The translations under genes were made by a program, and so were the position numbers. DNA of 64,000 bases from Nitrospirota bacterium (GTDB lineage: Bacteria > Nitrospirota > Nitrospiria > JACQBZ01): positions 14,867-78,866 of the forward strand of contig JACQCA010000066.1 of assembly GCA_016201865.1 (NCBI GenBank). The letters run 5' to 3'. A model generated the notes under the pieces. It was not told the origin of the DNA and searched no databases. It saw only the letters and a program-made list of their open reading frames with translations. Shown here piece by piece: positions 1 to 8,726 of the stretch. The number at the start of each line of letters is the position of its first letter. Position 1 is the first letter of the stretch.

Positions 1-1376
1 TGCAGGATTACGGGATCGAAGGGCGTGTGATCCAAGTCCATCCCGGGCCGGTGATCACGATGTACGAGTTCGAGCCGGCGGCCGGCGTCAAGGTGAATAG
101 GATCGTCAATTTATCGGACGATCTGGCCCTGGCAATGCGGGCCATGAGCGTCCGGATCGTGGCTCCCCTTCCGGGCAAGGCGGTCGTGGGAATCGAGATC
201 CCCAACAACCATCGTGAGGGTGTCTATCTGAAGGAGATCTTGGCGGCCGAGGCCTTTGCGGCGGCCGGGTCCAAGCTGACGCTCGCCTTAGGAAAGGATA
301 TCTTCGGCGAACCGGTCGTGGCCGACCTCGCCGCGATGCCGCATCTTTTAGTGGCCGGGACCACCGGCTCCGGCAAGAGCGTGGCGCTCAACGGGATGAT
401 CCTGAGCCTTTTGTATTCGGCTACGCCGCAGGAGATCCGGTTCATCATGATCGATCCCAAGCTGCTCGAACTCTCGGCCTACGACGGGATTCCGCATCTT
501 CTGACGCCGGTCTTGGTTCGGGCCAAGGATACCCCAAAGGTGTTTTCCCGGCTGGTCTCCGAGATGCAGCACCGGTACCGCCTCCTCGCCGAGGCCGGCG
601 CACGAAACATCGAGGGCTATAACAGGAAGATCCGGGAACAGATGGCAAAACACAACGAGAAACCCGCATCCGATTCCGAAGACGAATTTCCCAGCAGCCA
701 ACTCTCGACGCCCGATGCCCCACTCCCTTACTTGGTCGTCATCGTGGACGAGCTCGCGGATGTCATGATGGTCGCCTCGCGCGAGATCGAGGACTCGATC
801 ACGCGCCTGGCCCAGATGGCCCGCGCGGCCGGGATCCATCTCATCGTGGCGACCCAGCGTCCCTCCGTGGACGTACTGACCGGCTTGATCAAGGCCAATT
901 TCCCCGCGCGGATCTCATTTCAGGTCTCGTCCAAAACCGATTCCCGGACGATCTTAGACGCCAACGGCGCGGAGCAACTGTTAGGCAAAGGCGACATGTT
1001 GTTCCTCGCGCCGGGGACGGGCCGGATCACGCGAATCCACGGCGCGTATGTCGCCGAGAACGAGATCCGCGCCGTCGTCGACCGGGTGAAGTCGCAGGCA
1101 AAGCCGCAGTACATCGACCTCGCCCCCGCCGCGGCGGGAGGAACGGAAGCGGAGGATTCGAATGCGGTGGAGCGGGATGAACTGTACGAGAAGGCGGTGG
1201 ATCTGGTGGTCGCCTCCGGATCGGCGTCGGCCTCGCTCATCCAGCGACGGCTTCGGGTCGGTTACCCCCGCGCGGCCCGCATGATCGAGATGATGGAGGA
1301 GGACGGCATCGTGGGTCCCGCCGCCGGAGGGAAGCCGCGGGAGGTGCTGAGCCGGCGGGATGAGCAGGTCGGATGA
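1..1376 (+). CDS. ftsK: DNA translocase FtsK/SpoIIIE, 5'-truncated by window edge
   Basis: Open frame continues upstream of the ORF-track start (QDYGIEGRVIQVHPGP from nt 3); Walker A GTTGSGKS, LVVIVDELAD Walker B, ATQRPSVDV, C-terminal gamma domain SASLIQRRLRVGYPRAARMIEMME. Confidence 0.97.
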   Translation, partial: QDYGIEGRVIQVHPGPVITMYEFEPAAGVKVNRIVNLSDDLALAMRAMSVRIVAPLPGKAVVGIEIPNNHREGVYLKEILAAEAFAAAGSKLTLALGKDIFGEPVVADLAAMPHLLVAGTTGSGKSVALNGMILSLLYSATPQEIRFIMIDPKLLELSAYDGIPHLLTPVLVRAKDTPKVFSRLVSEMQHRYRLLAEAGARNIEGYNRKIREQMAKHNEKPASDSEDEFPSSQLSTPDAPLPYLVVIVDELADVMMVASREIEDSITRLAQMARAAGIHLIVATQRPSVDVLTGLIKANFPARISFQVSSKTDSRTILDANGAEQLLGKGDMLFLAPGTGRITRIHGAYVAENEIRAVVDRVKSQAKPQYIDLAPAAAGGTEAEDSNAVERDELYEKAVDLVVASGSASASLIQRRLRVGYPRAARMIEMMEEDGIVGPAAGGKPREVLSRRDEQVG

Positions 1377-2080
1377 AGGCGATGACCCTGTCCCGGACCA
1401 TGAGCTGCTTTTGGGCCTCGGCGGTCCTCGTCGGCGCATCCCTCGGGATCCCCGCTCCGCCCGCCCGTGCCGCCGAGGATCCCCTGGCCGGCATGATCCA
1501 AAAAATTCAGACGGCCTACGAAACCACGGCCGATTGGGAAGCCGACTTTGAGCAAGTCACGCGGATCGAGGGTTTCGAGACGGCGATCACATCCCGGGGA
1601 AGGCTTTACATCAAAAAACCGGGGCGGCTCCGATGGGACTACCGGGAGCCGAACCATCACCAGGTCGTGGTCAATGTGGGTAAGATCTGGGTCTATACGC
1701 CGGAGCAACAACAGGTCGTGGTGGGCCCCTTCGCGCAGGTCTCGGATTCCCAACTGCCGCTTCATCTCCTGACCGGCGTCGGCCGCTTGGACGAGGACTT
1801 TGCCGTTCGGTGGACCGACCCCGCCCGGCCCCGGCCGGACGGTCTCCCGGCCCTGACCCTCGTTCCGAAGGATCCTCGAACGGGATTAGCGCGGCTTGAG
1901 CTGGAGGTGGATCCGGCCGGATACTTCATCACGCGGCTGACACTGTTTGAGGCCAACGGCAATCAATCGCGCTTCCGGTTCTCCCGGATCCGGCGCAACA
2001 CCGGGTTGAAGGACCGGTTTTTTGTCTTCTCGCCGCCCAAAGGAGTTGTTGTCGTCGAATCGCCTCGAATCGGGCCTTAG
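1373..2080 (+). CDS. lolA: Outer-membrane lipoprotein carrier protein LolA family
   Basis: Signal peptide; ADFEQ...GRLYIKKPGRLRWDYREP motif; overlaps the ftsK stop (ATGA), the usual ftsK-lolA synteny. Confidence 0.9.
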   Translation: MKAMTLSRTMSCFWASAVLVGASLGIPAPPARAAEDPLAGMIQKIQTAYETTADWEADFEQVTRIEGFETAITSRGRLYIKKPGRLRWDYREPNHHQVVVNVGKIWVYTPEQQQVVVGPFAQVSDSQLPLHLLTGVGRLDEDFAVRWTDPARPRPDGLPALTLVPKDPRTGLARLELEVDPAGYFITRLTLFEANGNQSRFRFSRIRRNTGLKDRFFVFSPPKGVVVVESPRIGP

Positions 2081-2268
2081 GCGAATACGGAGCATTTGGA
2101 GTGAACGGTCACGAGCGGAAACAAGGCTTGCGGAAAAAACTGGTCTGGGCCACCTTGCTGGTCGGCGCTCTCAGAAGATGGATGAGATGTCTGACATCGC
2201 AGGCGAGGCCGAAGTCCTGGAGGCCGTGGCACGGGCGAACCGGGCCTATCAAGGCCGATCGGAACAGG

Positions 2269-2455
2269 ACATTGAGGGTCGCCTGAAGTGGCCAGCATCA
2301 ATCAAGCTCCCCCATTCCTCTCGGCCAAAACACCGAAGCAACTCATGGCCCGGGCCGCCGCGGCGCTGGACGAGGCGCGGTCGCGCGGCGGAAACTGCGT
2401 GGTGAAATCGAGTCGCGTGGCCGTCCCCGGCGGATCCGCGGGAGGCGCGGCATGA
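2269..2455 (+). pseudogene. Frameshifted remnant of the C-terminal part of a GGDEF domain
   Basis: TLRV (2269-2280), a frame break, then VASINQAPPFLSAKTPKQLMARAAAALDEARSRGGNCVV (2288-2455), resembling the GGDEF tail vTvSiGvA...eeLl..AD.ALY.AK..GrN.v; its stop overlaps the next ATG. Confidence 0.5.
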
Positions 2456-2853
2456 CACGATCCGAGACGTCCGGCCACGCGGGAAAGACGGTCTTGGTCG
2501 TGGACGACGAAAAATTCGTCCGTGAACTGATCAAGATCAAGCTCGGCCGTTGCGGTCTGGCGGTGATCGAGGCCGCCAACGGCCTCGAAGCGGTCGAAAT
2601 GGCCCAGGCTCTCCGTCCGGACATGATCTTGATGGACGTGATGATGCCCAAGATGAACGGATTTGAGGCCTGCGAAAAGCTGAAGTCCATTTCGTCCACG
2701 GCCCGGATCCCGATCCTGATGCTGACGGCGCGGGGCGAGCAGACCGATCAGGAAAAGGGAAAGACCGCGGGCGCGATTGATTATCTGAGCAAGCCCTTCA
2801 GCCCGCAGAAACTCGCGGAGATGGTGATCGAGATTCTTGAGCGATCTTCATAA
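2452..2853 (+). CDS. Stand-alone response regulator receiver (CheY-like)
   Basis: VLVVDDE, MDVMMP phospho-Asp, LTA, conserved Lys in KPF; no output domain. Confidence 0.93.
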   Translation: MTRSETSGHAGKTVLVVDDEKFVRELIKIKLGRCGLAVIEAANGLEAVEMAQALRPDMILMDVMMPKMNGFEACEKLKSISSTARIPILMLTARGEQTDQEKGKTAGAIDYLSKPFSPQKLAEMVIEILERSS

Positions 2854-2864
2854 AGGAGAGTGCT

Positions 2865-3356
2865 ATGGCCAATCTCAGTTCATTCGATATCGCCTCAAAG
2901 ACGGACCTTCAGGAGGTCAAGAACGCCGTGGACCAGGCCGGCAAGGAGCTGGCCCAGCGGTTCGATTTTAAAGGAAGCGAGAGCTGCATCACGCTCGAAG
3001 GCTCCGACCTGATCGTGGTGTCGGACGACGAATACAAACTCAAAAGCGTTCAGGACATTCTCCAGTCCAAGTTGGTGAAGCGCGGCGTCTCCCTCCAGGC
3101 GCTGAGCTACGGCCCATTGGAGCAAGCGTTGGGAGGCACGGTCCGCCAGAAGATCACGCTGCAGCAGGGAATCTCGTCCGAAAAAGCGAAGGATATTGCG
3201 AAAGCGATCCGGAACGCAAAATTCAAGGTCCAGACCCAGATCCAAGGCGATCAACTCCGTGTCCTCGGCAAGAACAAGGACGACCTCCAGGCCGTCATCG
3301 CCTTTTTAAAAAGCCGGGATTTCGGTTTGCCGTTGCAGTTCACAAACTACCGGTAG
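2865..3356 (+). CDS. yajQ: YajQ family nucleotide/c-di-GMP-binding protein
   Basis: SFDIAS...QEVKNAVDQA...RFDFKG; KVQTQIQGDQLRV; QFTNYR C-terminus; SD AAGGAG. Confidence 0.95.
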   Translation: MANLSSFDIASKTDLQEVKNAVDQAGKELAQRFDFKGSESCITLEGSDLIVVSDDEYKLKSVQDILQSKLVKRGVSLQALSYGPLEQALGGTVRQKITLQQGISSEKAKDIAKAIRNAKFKVQTQIQGDQLRVLGKNKDDLQAVIAFLKSRDFGLPLQFTNYR

Positions 3357-3380
3357 GGGCGGTTCGCGAACCGCCCCTAC
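3353..3380. repeat. Perfect 28-bp GTAG-type REP-like palindrome; probable bidirectional terminator
   Basis: GTAGGGGCGGTTCGCGAACCGCCCCTAC equals its own reverse complement and lies between convergent genes. Confidence 0.75.
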
Positions 3381-4798
3381 CCGGACCTCGCCAATTTTTC
3401 AAACCCGTCCTTCACCGCGATCATCGCACGGCAATCGTCCTGATTATACCGCAGGACCTTTTCCAGCCCGTCGCCGGTCCCGCCGGATGCGGCCTGCTTA
3501 TACCAGATCATGGCGCTCTTCATGGCATCCACCTCGGAGAGGTCTTGCGACCGGTCGAATCCAAAATACGGTCCCACCACCTTGATGCTGTATCCCGGCG
3601 TCGGAAGGATATAGGCGTCCTGCGCCGCCTTGCAGAGGTCTTCAAGATAAGGAAGGATCAAGGTCCGAACGTCATCCACAAGATGATGACGTTCGCCCGC
3701 CTTCGTCAATTGCGTCTTCTCGTAATGGCCCCAGTGATAAAGACGGTACGGACGGGTTTCCTTCCGAAGCGCATTTAGAAACTCGGTCAGGATCGTCTTT
3801 TCATCCTCCGGTTTCTTGGCGAGGTACGAGACATACCCTTCTTCTTTTCCATAAGCGCGAGGGATGAGGCCGATCAGATAGACGCAGTTCCAGGCCGGAT
3901 CGTCCTGGAACAGTTCGCCGGTGCCCTCCAGATCCAGAAAGAACTCCAAGTCCGGACGACCTTCAAGCGGTTTGTAGACTCCAACCCGGATCGCCCGTTT
4001 TGAAGCCTGGGCCTTTGCGGAATTCACGACCTGTGCAATCCGCTTGGGTCCGAGGCCTTTGATCGTTCCCAAACGATTCGGATCAACCTTCGCAAGATCC
4101 TCAAGGGCATGGATCGACATCCGGTGAAACTGCTCGGCATGAACCGCCCCGACATTCCAGGCCAGTGTGACATCCCGAAGATCATGGGCCGTCTTGTTCT
4201 GAAGCCTTCTCCAACGCGAGCGGCAATTGTAGACGGGGTAGGGAGGCGTCGGCCGGGCGACGATTCCGCGTGCCCGCCGGACGGCCTCCTCAATCCGCGT
4301 CTCATCGTACGGAATCGGAAACTCCTCATTGAGTCGTGACACGATCCGGCATTCATTCTCGATGCCGTACGCCTTCCTTAACAGATAGGCGTAGACCTCT
4401 GCCTGAATTTTATGCGTCTGATCCGGCACGCCGGCCAGCTTATATTCTTCAATCCTACACCGGTCCGCCTCGAGCTTCAATACATCCGGACGGGCCCGGA
4501 GGCCCAACGCATCGGACTGCAGCGCGCCCCCGTAGATCACGGCCGGACCGCTTTTCAGCAGCTCCGTCGTCTGGGCCGCGGCCGATTCGAAGGACTGGGA
4601 CTTTAAATCGGTAAAGCGCTCATGCCGCTTTAATAGAAGCTCCCTCTCAATCCGCAACCCCTGCTCCTTGAGAAAACGGTCATATTCATCTTCCGGATCC
4701 CGAAGCCGGAGGTCGCCGTGATGATCCTGCCACAAACCGAAGGGGTCGGAAAGGGCCAAGGCAATGTCGGATGCGGAGAGGACTGGAAAATCGGCCAT
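3377..4798 (-). CDS. TM0106-family RecB-like putative nuclease with HhH and RNase H-like C-terminal domain
   Basis: ARPDVL...IEEYK PD-(D/E)xK core; GLGPKR HhH; FFLDLEG, LYHWGHYEKT, YSIKVV, LRYNQDDCRA typical of the RNase_H_2 domain. Confidence 0.85.
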   Translation of the reverse strand: MADFPVLSASDIALALSDPFGLWQDHHGDLRLRDPEDEYDRFLKEQGLRIERELLLKRHERFTDLKSQSFESAAAQTTELLKSGPAVIYGGALQSDALGLRARPDVLKLEADRCRIEEYKLAGVPDQTHKIQAEVYAYLLRKAYGIENECRIVSRLNEEFPIPYDETRIEEAVRRARGIVARPTPPYPVYNCRSRWRRLQNKTAHDLRDVTLAWNVGAVHAEQFHRMSIHALEDLAKVDPNRLGTIKGLGPKRIAQVVNSAKAQASKRAIRVGVYKPLEGRPDLEFFLDLEGTGELFQDDPAWNCVYLIGLIPRAYGKEEGYVSYLAKKPEDEKTILTEFLNALRKETRPYRLYHWGHYEKTQLTKAGERHHLVDDVRTLILPYLEDLCKAAQDAYILPTPGYSIKVVGPYFGFDRSQDLSEVDAMKSAMIWYKQAASGGTGDGLEKVLRYNQDDCRAMIAVKDGFEKLARSG

Positions 4799-4969
4799 GC
4801 GATGATCTCATTTGATTCGCCTGATTCTACCGGTTTGAACGGTTCGGGTCAACCGCACCCCCGATCTCGGCTCCCATTTTCGGCAGGGATAAATCTGTTG
4901 ACTTCCAACGCGGACTTCGTTATATCTGAAGCCGACAAACTTTTCTTCAAACCAACGAAAGGAGCACCG

Positions 4970-5659
4970 ATGTTGTTACGATTCGTCGTTCTTTTAGGCC
5001 TCATCCTGGCGGCCGGCCGGGTCGAAGCGGAGGAAAATCCGGCTCTGAAATCGGAGAAGGACAAGATCAGTTACAGCATCGGGATGGATATCGGAACGAA
5101 TATGAAACGACAGGGAATCGAGATTGAACCGGAGCTGCTGGCGCGGGGCCTCAAAGACGCGGTCTCCGGCGGCAAGGCCTTGCTGACCGAAGATGAAGTC
5201 CGCGACGTCTTGATGGCGTTTCAGAAAGAGATGCGGACCAAGGCCGAAGCGCGCGCCAATCAGCAAGGTGAAAAAAACAAGACGGAAGGAGAGGCCTTCC
5301 TGGCCCAGAACAAGAAAAAAGAAGGCGTCGTCACTCTGCCGAGCGGCCTTCAGTATAAGGTAATCAAGGAGGGCGCCGGGAAGATGCCCAAGGCCACCGA
5401 CACCGTCACGACCCATTACCGAGGCACCTTGATCGACGGAACGGAATTCGACAGCTCCTACAAACGCGGACAGCCGGCCAGTTTTCCGGTGAACGGGGTG
5501 ATTGCCGGTTGGACCGAGGCCCTGCAGTTGATGAAGGTCGGCTCGAAGTGGCAGCTCTTTATCCCATCGAACCTCGCCTACGGCGCGCGAGGGGGCGGAC
5601 CGACGATCGGCCCCAATGCCGCACTGATTTTTGAAGTGGAACTGCTCTCGATTCAGTAG
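4970..5659 (+). CDS. FKBP-type peptidyl-prolyl isomerase (FkpA/Mip-like), exported
   Basis: Start reassigned to ATG 4970 (SD AAGGAG, signal peptide MLLRFVVLLGLILAAG); DKISYSIG N-domain; TLPSGLQYKV, HYRGTLIDGTEFDSS, VIAGWTEAL. Confidence 0.95.
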   Translation: MLLRFVVLLGLILAAGRVEAEENPALKSEKDKISYSIGMDIGTNMKRQGIEIEPELLARGLKDAVSGGKALLTEDEVRDVLMAFQKEMRTKAEARANQQGEKNKTEGEAFLAQNKKKEGVVTLPSGLQYKVIKEGAGKMPKATDTVTTHYRGTLIDGTEFDSSYKRGQPASFPVNGVIAGWTEALQLMKVGSKWQLFIPSNLAYGARGGGPTIGPNAALIFEVELLSIQ

Positions 5660-5675
5660 GGGGCACGACGGGGAC

Positions 5676-5822
5676 TTACTGAGACGCGTGGCCGATCAGG
5701 GAAACAGCCCAGAGAAGGGAAGCAAAAAGCAGGAAGGCCAGCACCATAAAAACAAACCGGCCGACCTCGATCGCGCGCGGAAGGACGGCCGCCTTGACTC
5801 GTGATTGAATTCGCTTCATCAT
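5676..5822 (-). CDS. Small (48 aa) single-pass membrane protein, hypothetical
   Basis: ATG overlaps the lpxC stop (ATGA); basic N-terminus then hydrophobic FVFMVLAFLLFASLLWAVSLIG. Confidence 0.5.
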   Translation of the reverse strand: MMKRIQSRVKAAVLPRAIEVGRFVFMVLAFLLFASLLWAVSLIGHASQ

Positions 5823-6733
5823 GACACCTGCGCTGCGATCGGGGAATCCGCCGGTGGCTGTATCGGCGCTGCCGATGGACGTTCCTTGATCATCGTCCAG
5901 CAATCGGTGGAGGTCAGAATCTCGGAGACCAACTTCGTGTTAAGCTGATGACCCGGGCAGTAAGCCTCCACCTCGCCCAAAATGGGCATGCCCAGCAAAG
6001 AGAGATCCCCGAGAATATCGAGGATCTTGTGGCGTACAAACTCGTCGGCGTAGCGAAGCCCTTCTTTATTGATGACACCGTTCGGGCCGACCACGACGGC
6101 ATTCTCGAGCGATCCGCCCCGGGCCAAGCCATGGTTGCGGAGCGCCTCCACTTCCTCCAGAAAACCGAACGTCCGGGCCGGCGCAATCCATTCCACAAAA
6201 TCTTCCGATATGGGTTCGAAGGAACAACTCTGATGAGCCAGAAGGGGATGGTCAAACCGGATCGTGCAGTTTACGCGAAATTTCCATGAAGGCCGGATCC
6301 GGATCCATTTATCGCCGTCATTCACCTCAACCGGCCGGGTGATCTTCAAAACCGTTCGCGGAACACCCTGCTCGGCAATCCCGGCTTTGAGGATTAGATC
6401 CACGAACGGCTTGGCGCTTCCGTCCATAATCGGCAGCTCGGCCGAGTCCAATTCGATGATCAGATTGGTAATCTGAAGTCCCGACAACGCGGCCAACAGG
6501 TGCTCGACCGTCTGGATCTTGGTTCCGTTCTCGCCGATCGTGGTGCAAAGCAGCGTCCCGACGACCTTGGTCCCGTCCACTTTGACCGGCACCGGTCCCT
6601 TGGCCGTTTTCCTTAAAAAGACGATCCCGGTATTGATCGGGGCCGGCACTAACCGCAGATTGGCTCTCTCACCGGAATGAAGCCCGATGCCGGAGCTGCG
6701 AATGATTTCCTTAATGGTCCGCTGAAGATGCAT
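5819..6733 (-). CDS. lpxC: UDP-3-O-acyl-N-acetylglucosamine deacetylase
   Basis: LQRTI, GIGLHSG, TVEHLLAAL, PIMDGSA, ARTFGF, FVRHKILDILGDL, GHQLN motifs. Confidence 0.98.
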   Translation of the reverse strand: MHLQRTIKEIIRSSGIGLHSGERANLRLVPAPINTGIVFLRKTAKGPVPVKVDGTKVVGTLLCTTIGENGTKIQTVEHLLAALSGLQITNLIIELDSAELPIMDGSAKPFVDLILKAGIAEQGVPRTVLKITRPVEVNDGDKWIRIRPSWKFRVNCTIRFDHPLLAHQSCSFEPISEDFVEWIAPARTFGFLEEVEALRNHGLARGGSLENAVVVGPNGVINKEGLRYADEFVRHKILDILGDLSLLGMPILGEVEAYCPGHQLNTKLVSEILTSTDCWTMIKERPSAAPIQPPADSPIAAQVS

Positions 6734-6778
6734 GAGGGTCTTGATTCATCCTAACAATATTGTTTGGTTTTTACTAAA

Positions 6779-6795
6779 TGCAATATGCATGCCCT
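6779..6795 (-). promoter_or_regulatory. Sigma-54 (-24/-12) promoter upstream of lpxC
   Basis: Minus strand AGGGCATGCATATTGCA has GG-N10-GC spacing with TTGCA at -12, about 45 nt upstream of the lpxC ATG. Confidence 0.7.
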
Positions 6796-6825
6796 GTCTT
6801 AATTTAAAACATGGAACTCAAATAA

Positions 6826-6845
6826 AAATACAACACATTGTATTT
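6826..6845. promoter_or_regulatory. AT-rich inverted repeat, candidate regulator or IHF site
   Basis: AAATACAA-CACA-TTGTATTT, perfect 8-bp arms, just upstream of the sigma-54 element. Confidence 0.35.
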
Positions 6846-7027
6846 GTTATATAAAAAAGACGCCCCCAAAAATGTTCTGTGTTTTAAAGAGAGAGCGATA
6901 GCTTGTTGTTACATAAAGGCAACAGATGGTTTGGTCCACTGTTGCGTTTCGCATACGGAAGGGGATTGCGTGCGAACTTCTTGGCTGCAATCGCTCTGAA
7001 TCATGGTTTAAGCGGGTGATGACAGGA

Positions 7028-8689
7028 CTACTGTGTCGGAGGAAATCGCGTGATCTTGACAGGTGCATATTCAAGATGAGGTCCCGACTCGGTGCAGTAG
7101 GCCAGCGTATGTCTCAACCACCCGGCGTCATTGCGCTGGGGAAAATCTTTGCGGTAGTGGGACCCCCGGCTTTCCTCTCGGTTGATCGCTCCGACCACAA
7201 TCGTTTCGGCTAAGTCGATCAACGACCCGAGTTCGAGCGCATTGATCAATTCGGTATTGAAGATCTTGCCTCGGTCTTCGAGATGGATGTTCTCGTAACG
7301 TTGTCGTACTTCCTGGATTTTCTGGAGGGCCTTTTCCATCCTCTCGCGGGCACGGAAAATTCCGAGATGTTCCGTCATCGCCGCGCCCAGCTCCTCGCGA
7401 AGCGGTCCGATGCGCTCGCCGTTTTTGCGCTTGAGGAGTCGCTCGACTTTTTTCTGCTCCGCAAGAAACGGTGCGGAAGCAATCTCGACTGTTTTCACCC
7501 TACGGACATGCTCGGACGCACGCACCCCGGCCCGCCGGCCGAATACGATCGTCTCCAACAGCGAATTCCCGCCCAGACGGTTGGCCCCGTGGACGCTCAC
7601 GCAGGCGCATTCCCCCGCGGCATAAAACCCGGCCAGCTCCGTCTCGCACCAGGCGTTCGTCCGGATGCCTCCCATCGAGTAATGGGCCCCGGGCCTCACC
7701 GGAACCGGCGATTCGATGGGATCCACGCCCACAAAACTGATCGCCAGTTCGCGGATCTGCGGAAGGCGCTCCAGGATCTTCTTTTTTCCTAGATGTCGGA
7801 GATCCAAAAGGACACAGCCGTCCACGCCCCGACCTTCATCCACTTCCTGTTGCTCGCAACGGCTGACAAAATCGCGCGTGGCTAACTCCATCCGCTGAGG
7901 ATCATACCGGTTCATGAACCGCTCGCCCAACGTGTTCAGGAGGTACCCCCCTTCTCCTCGGGCGCCCTCCGTGATCAGGATGCCGGTCTCCCGCAACGTG
8001 GTCGGATGGAACTGAACGAACTCCATGTCCATCAGCGGCGCGCCGGCGCGGTAGGCCATGCTCATCCCGTCCCCCGTGTTGATGACGGCATTCGTGCTGC
8101 TGGAATAGACACGGCCGTAGCCTCCGGTGGCGAAGATCACGGCCTTGGCCCCGATCGCATGCAGTTCCCCGCGCAGCACATCCATTGCGATCACGCCCTT
8201 GCAAACCTTGTCCTCGACGATCAGCGACAGGACATACCATTCTTCATACACGAAGACGCCCTTCTTCATTAGCTGCTCGTACATGACATGCAGCAGCGAA
8301 TGCCCCGTGCGGTCGGCCGCGTAGCAGGTGCGGGGATAGCCCGCACCGCCGAACGGTCGCTGTGCGATCTGGCCCTGCCCATTCCGGCTGAAGATCGCGC
8401 CCAACCGCTCCAGTTCCAGAATATCGGCCGGCCCTTCCTGACACATCACCTCGATCGCGTCCTGATCACCGAGATAGCCGCTTCCCTTCGCGGTATCGAA
8501 GGCGTGGGCCTCCCAGGAATCGTTCGGATGGATCGCCGCATTGATCCCGCCCTGGGCCGCGACGGAATGGCTTCGCACCGGATGGACTTTCGAAATAATC
8601 GCCACATCCAGTCCGGGTGCCGCGGCCACCGCCGCACGCATCCCGGCCAGCCCCGCGCCGACAATTAGGATGTCATGCACACGCATCAT
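7028..8689 (-). CDS. sdhA: Succinate dehydrogenase/fumarate reductase flavoprotein subunit
   Basis: GAGLAG dinucleotide fold, [10 protein letters not shown] covalent-FAD His, [32 protein letters not shown], RxESRGSH. Confidence 0.93.
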   Translation of the reverse strand: MMRVHDILIVGAGLAGMRAAVAAAPGLDVAIISKVHPVRSHSVAAQGGINAAIHPNDSWEAHAFDTAKGSGYLGDQDAIEVMCQEGPADILELERLGAIFSRNGQGQIAQRPFGGAGYPRTCYAADRTGHSLLHVMYEQLMKKGVFVYEEWYVLSLIVEDKVCKGVIAMDVLRGELHAIGAKAVIFATGGYGRVYSSSTNAVINTGDGMSMAYRAGAPLMDMEFVQFHPTTLRETGILITEGARGEGGYLLNTLGERFMNRYDPQRMELATRDFVSRCEQQEVDEGRGVDGCVLLDLRHLGKKKILERLPQIRELAISFVGVDPIESPVPVRPGAHYSMGGIRTNAWCETELAGFYAAGECACVSVHGANRLGGNSLLETIVFGRRAGVRASEHVRRVKTVEIASAPFLAEQKKVERLLKRKNGERIGPLREELGAAMTEHLGIFRARERMEKALQKIQEVRQRYENIHLEDRGKIFNTELINALELGSLIDLAETIVVGAINREESRGSHYRKDFPQRNDAGWLRHTLAYCTESGPHLEYAPVKITRFPPTQ

Positions 8690-8726
8690 TCATGCTCTCT
8701 TTTGAGCTGCTTTAGACAGCATCAAT

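Noticed and set aside
4718-4969. 84-aa N-terminal extension of the FKBP ORF in the track
   Set aside because: It overlaps the divergent nuclease gene and promoter region; ATG 4970 has an SD and starts a clean signal peptide.
5657-5680. GTAGGGGGCACG... after the FKBP stop as a second REP copy
   Set aside because: It shares the GTAGGGG start but forms no palindrome; too degenerate to call.
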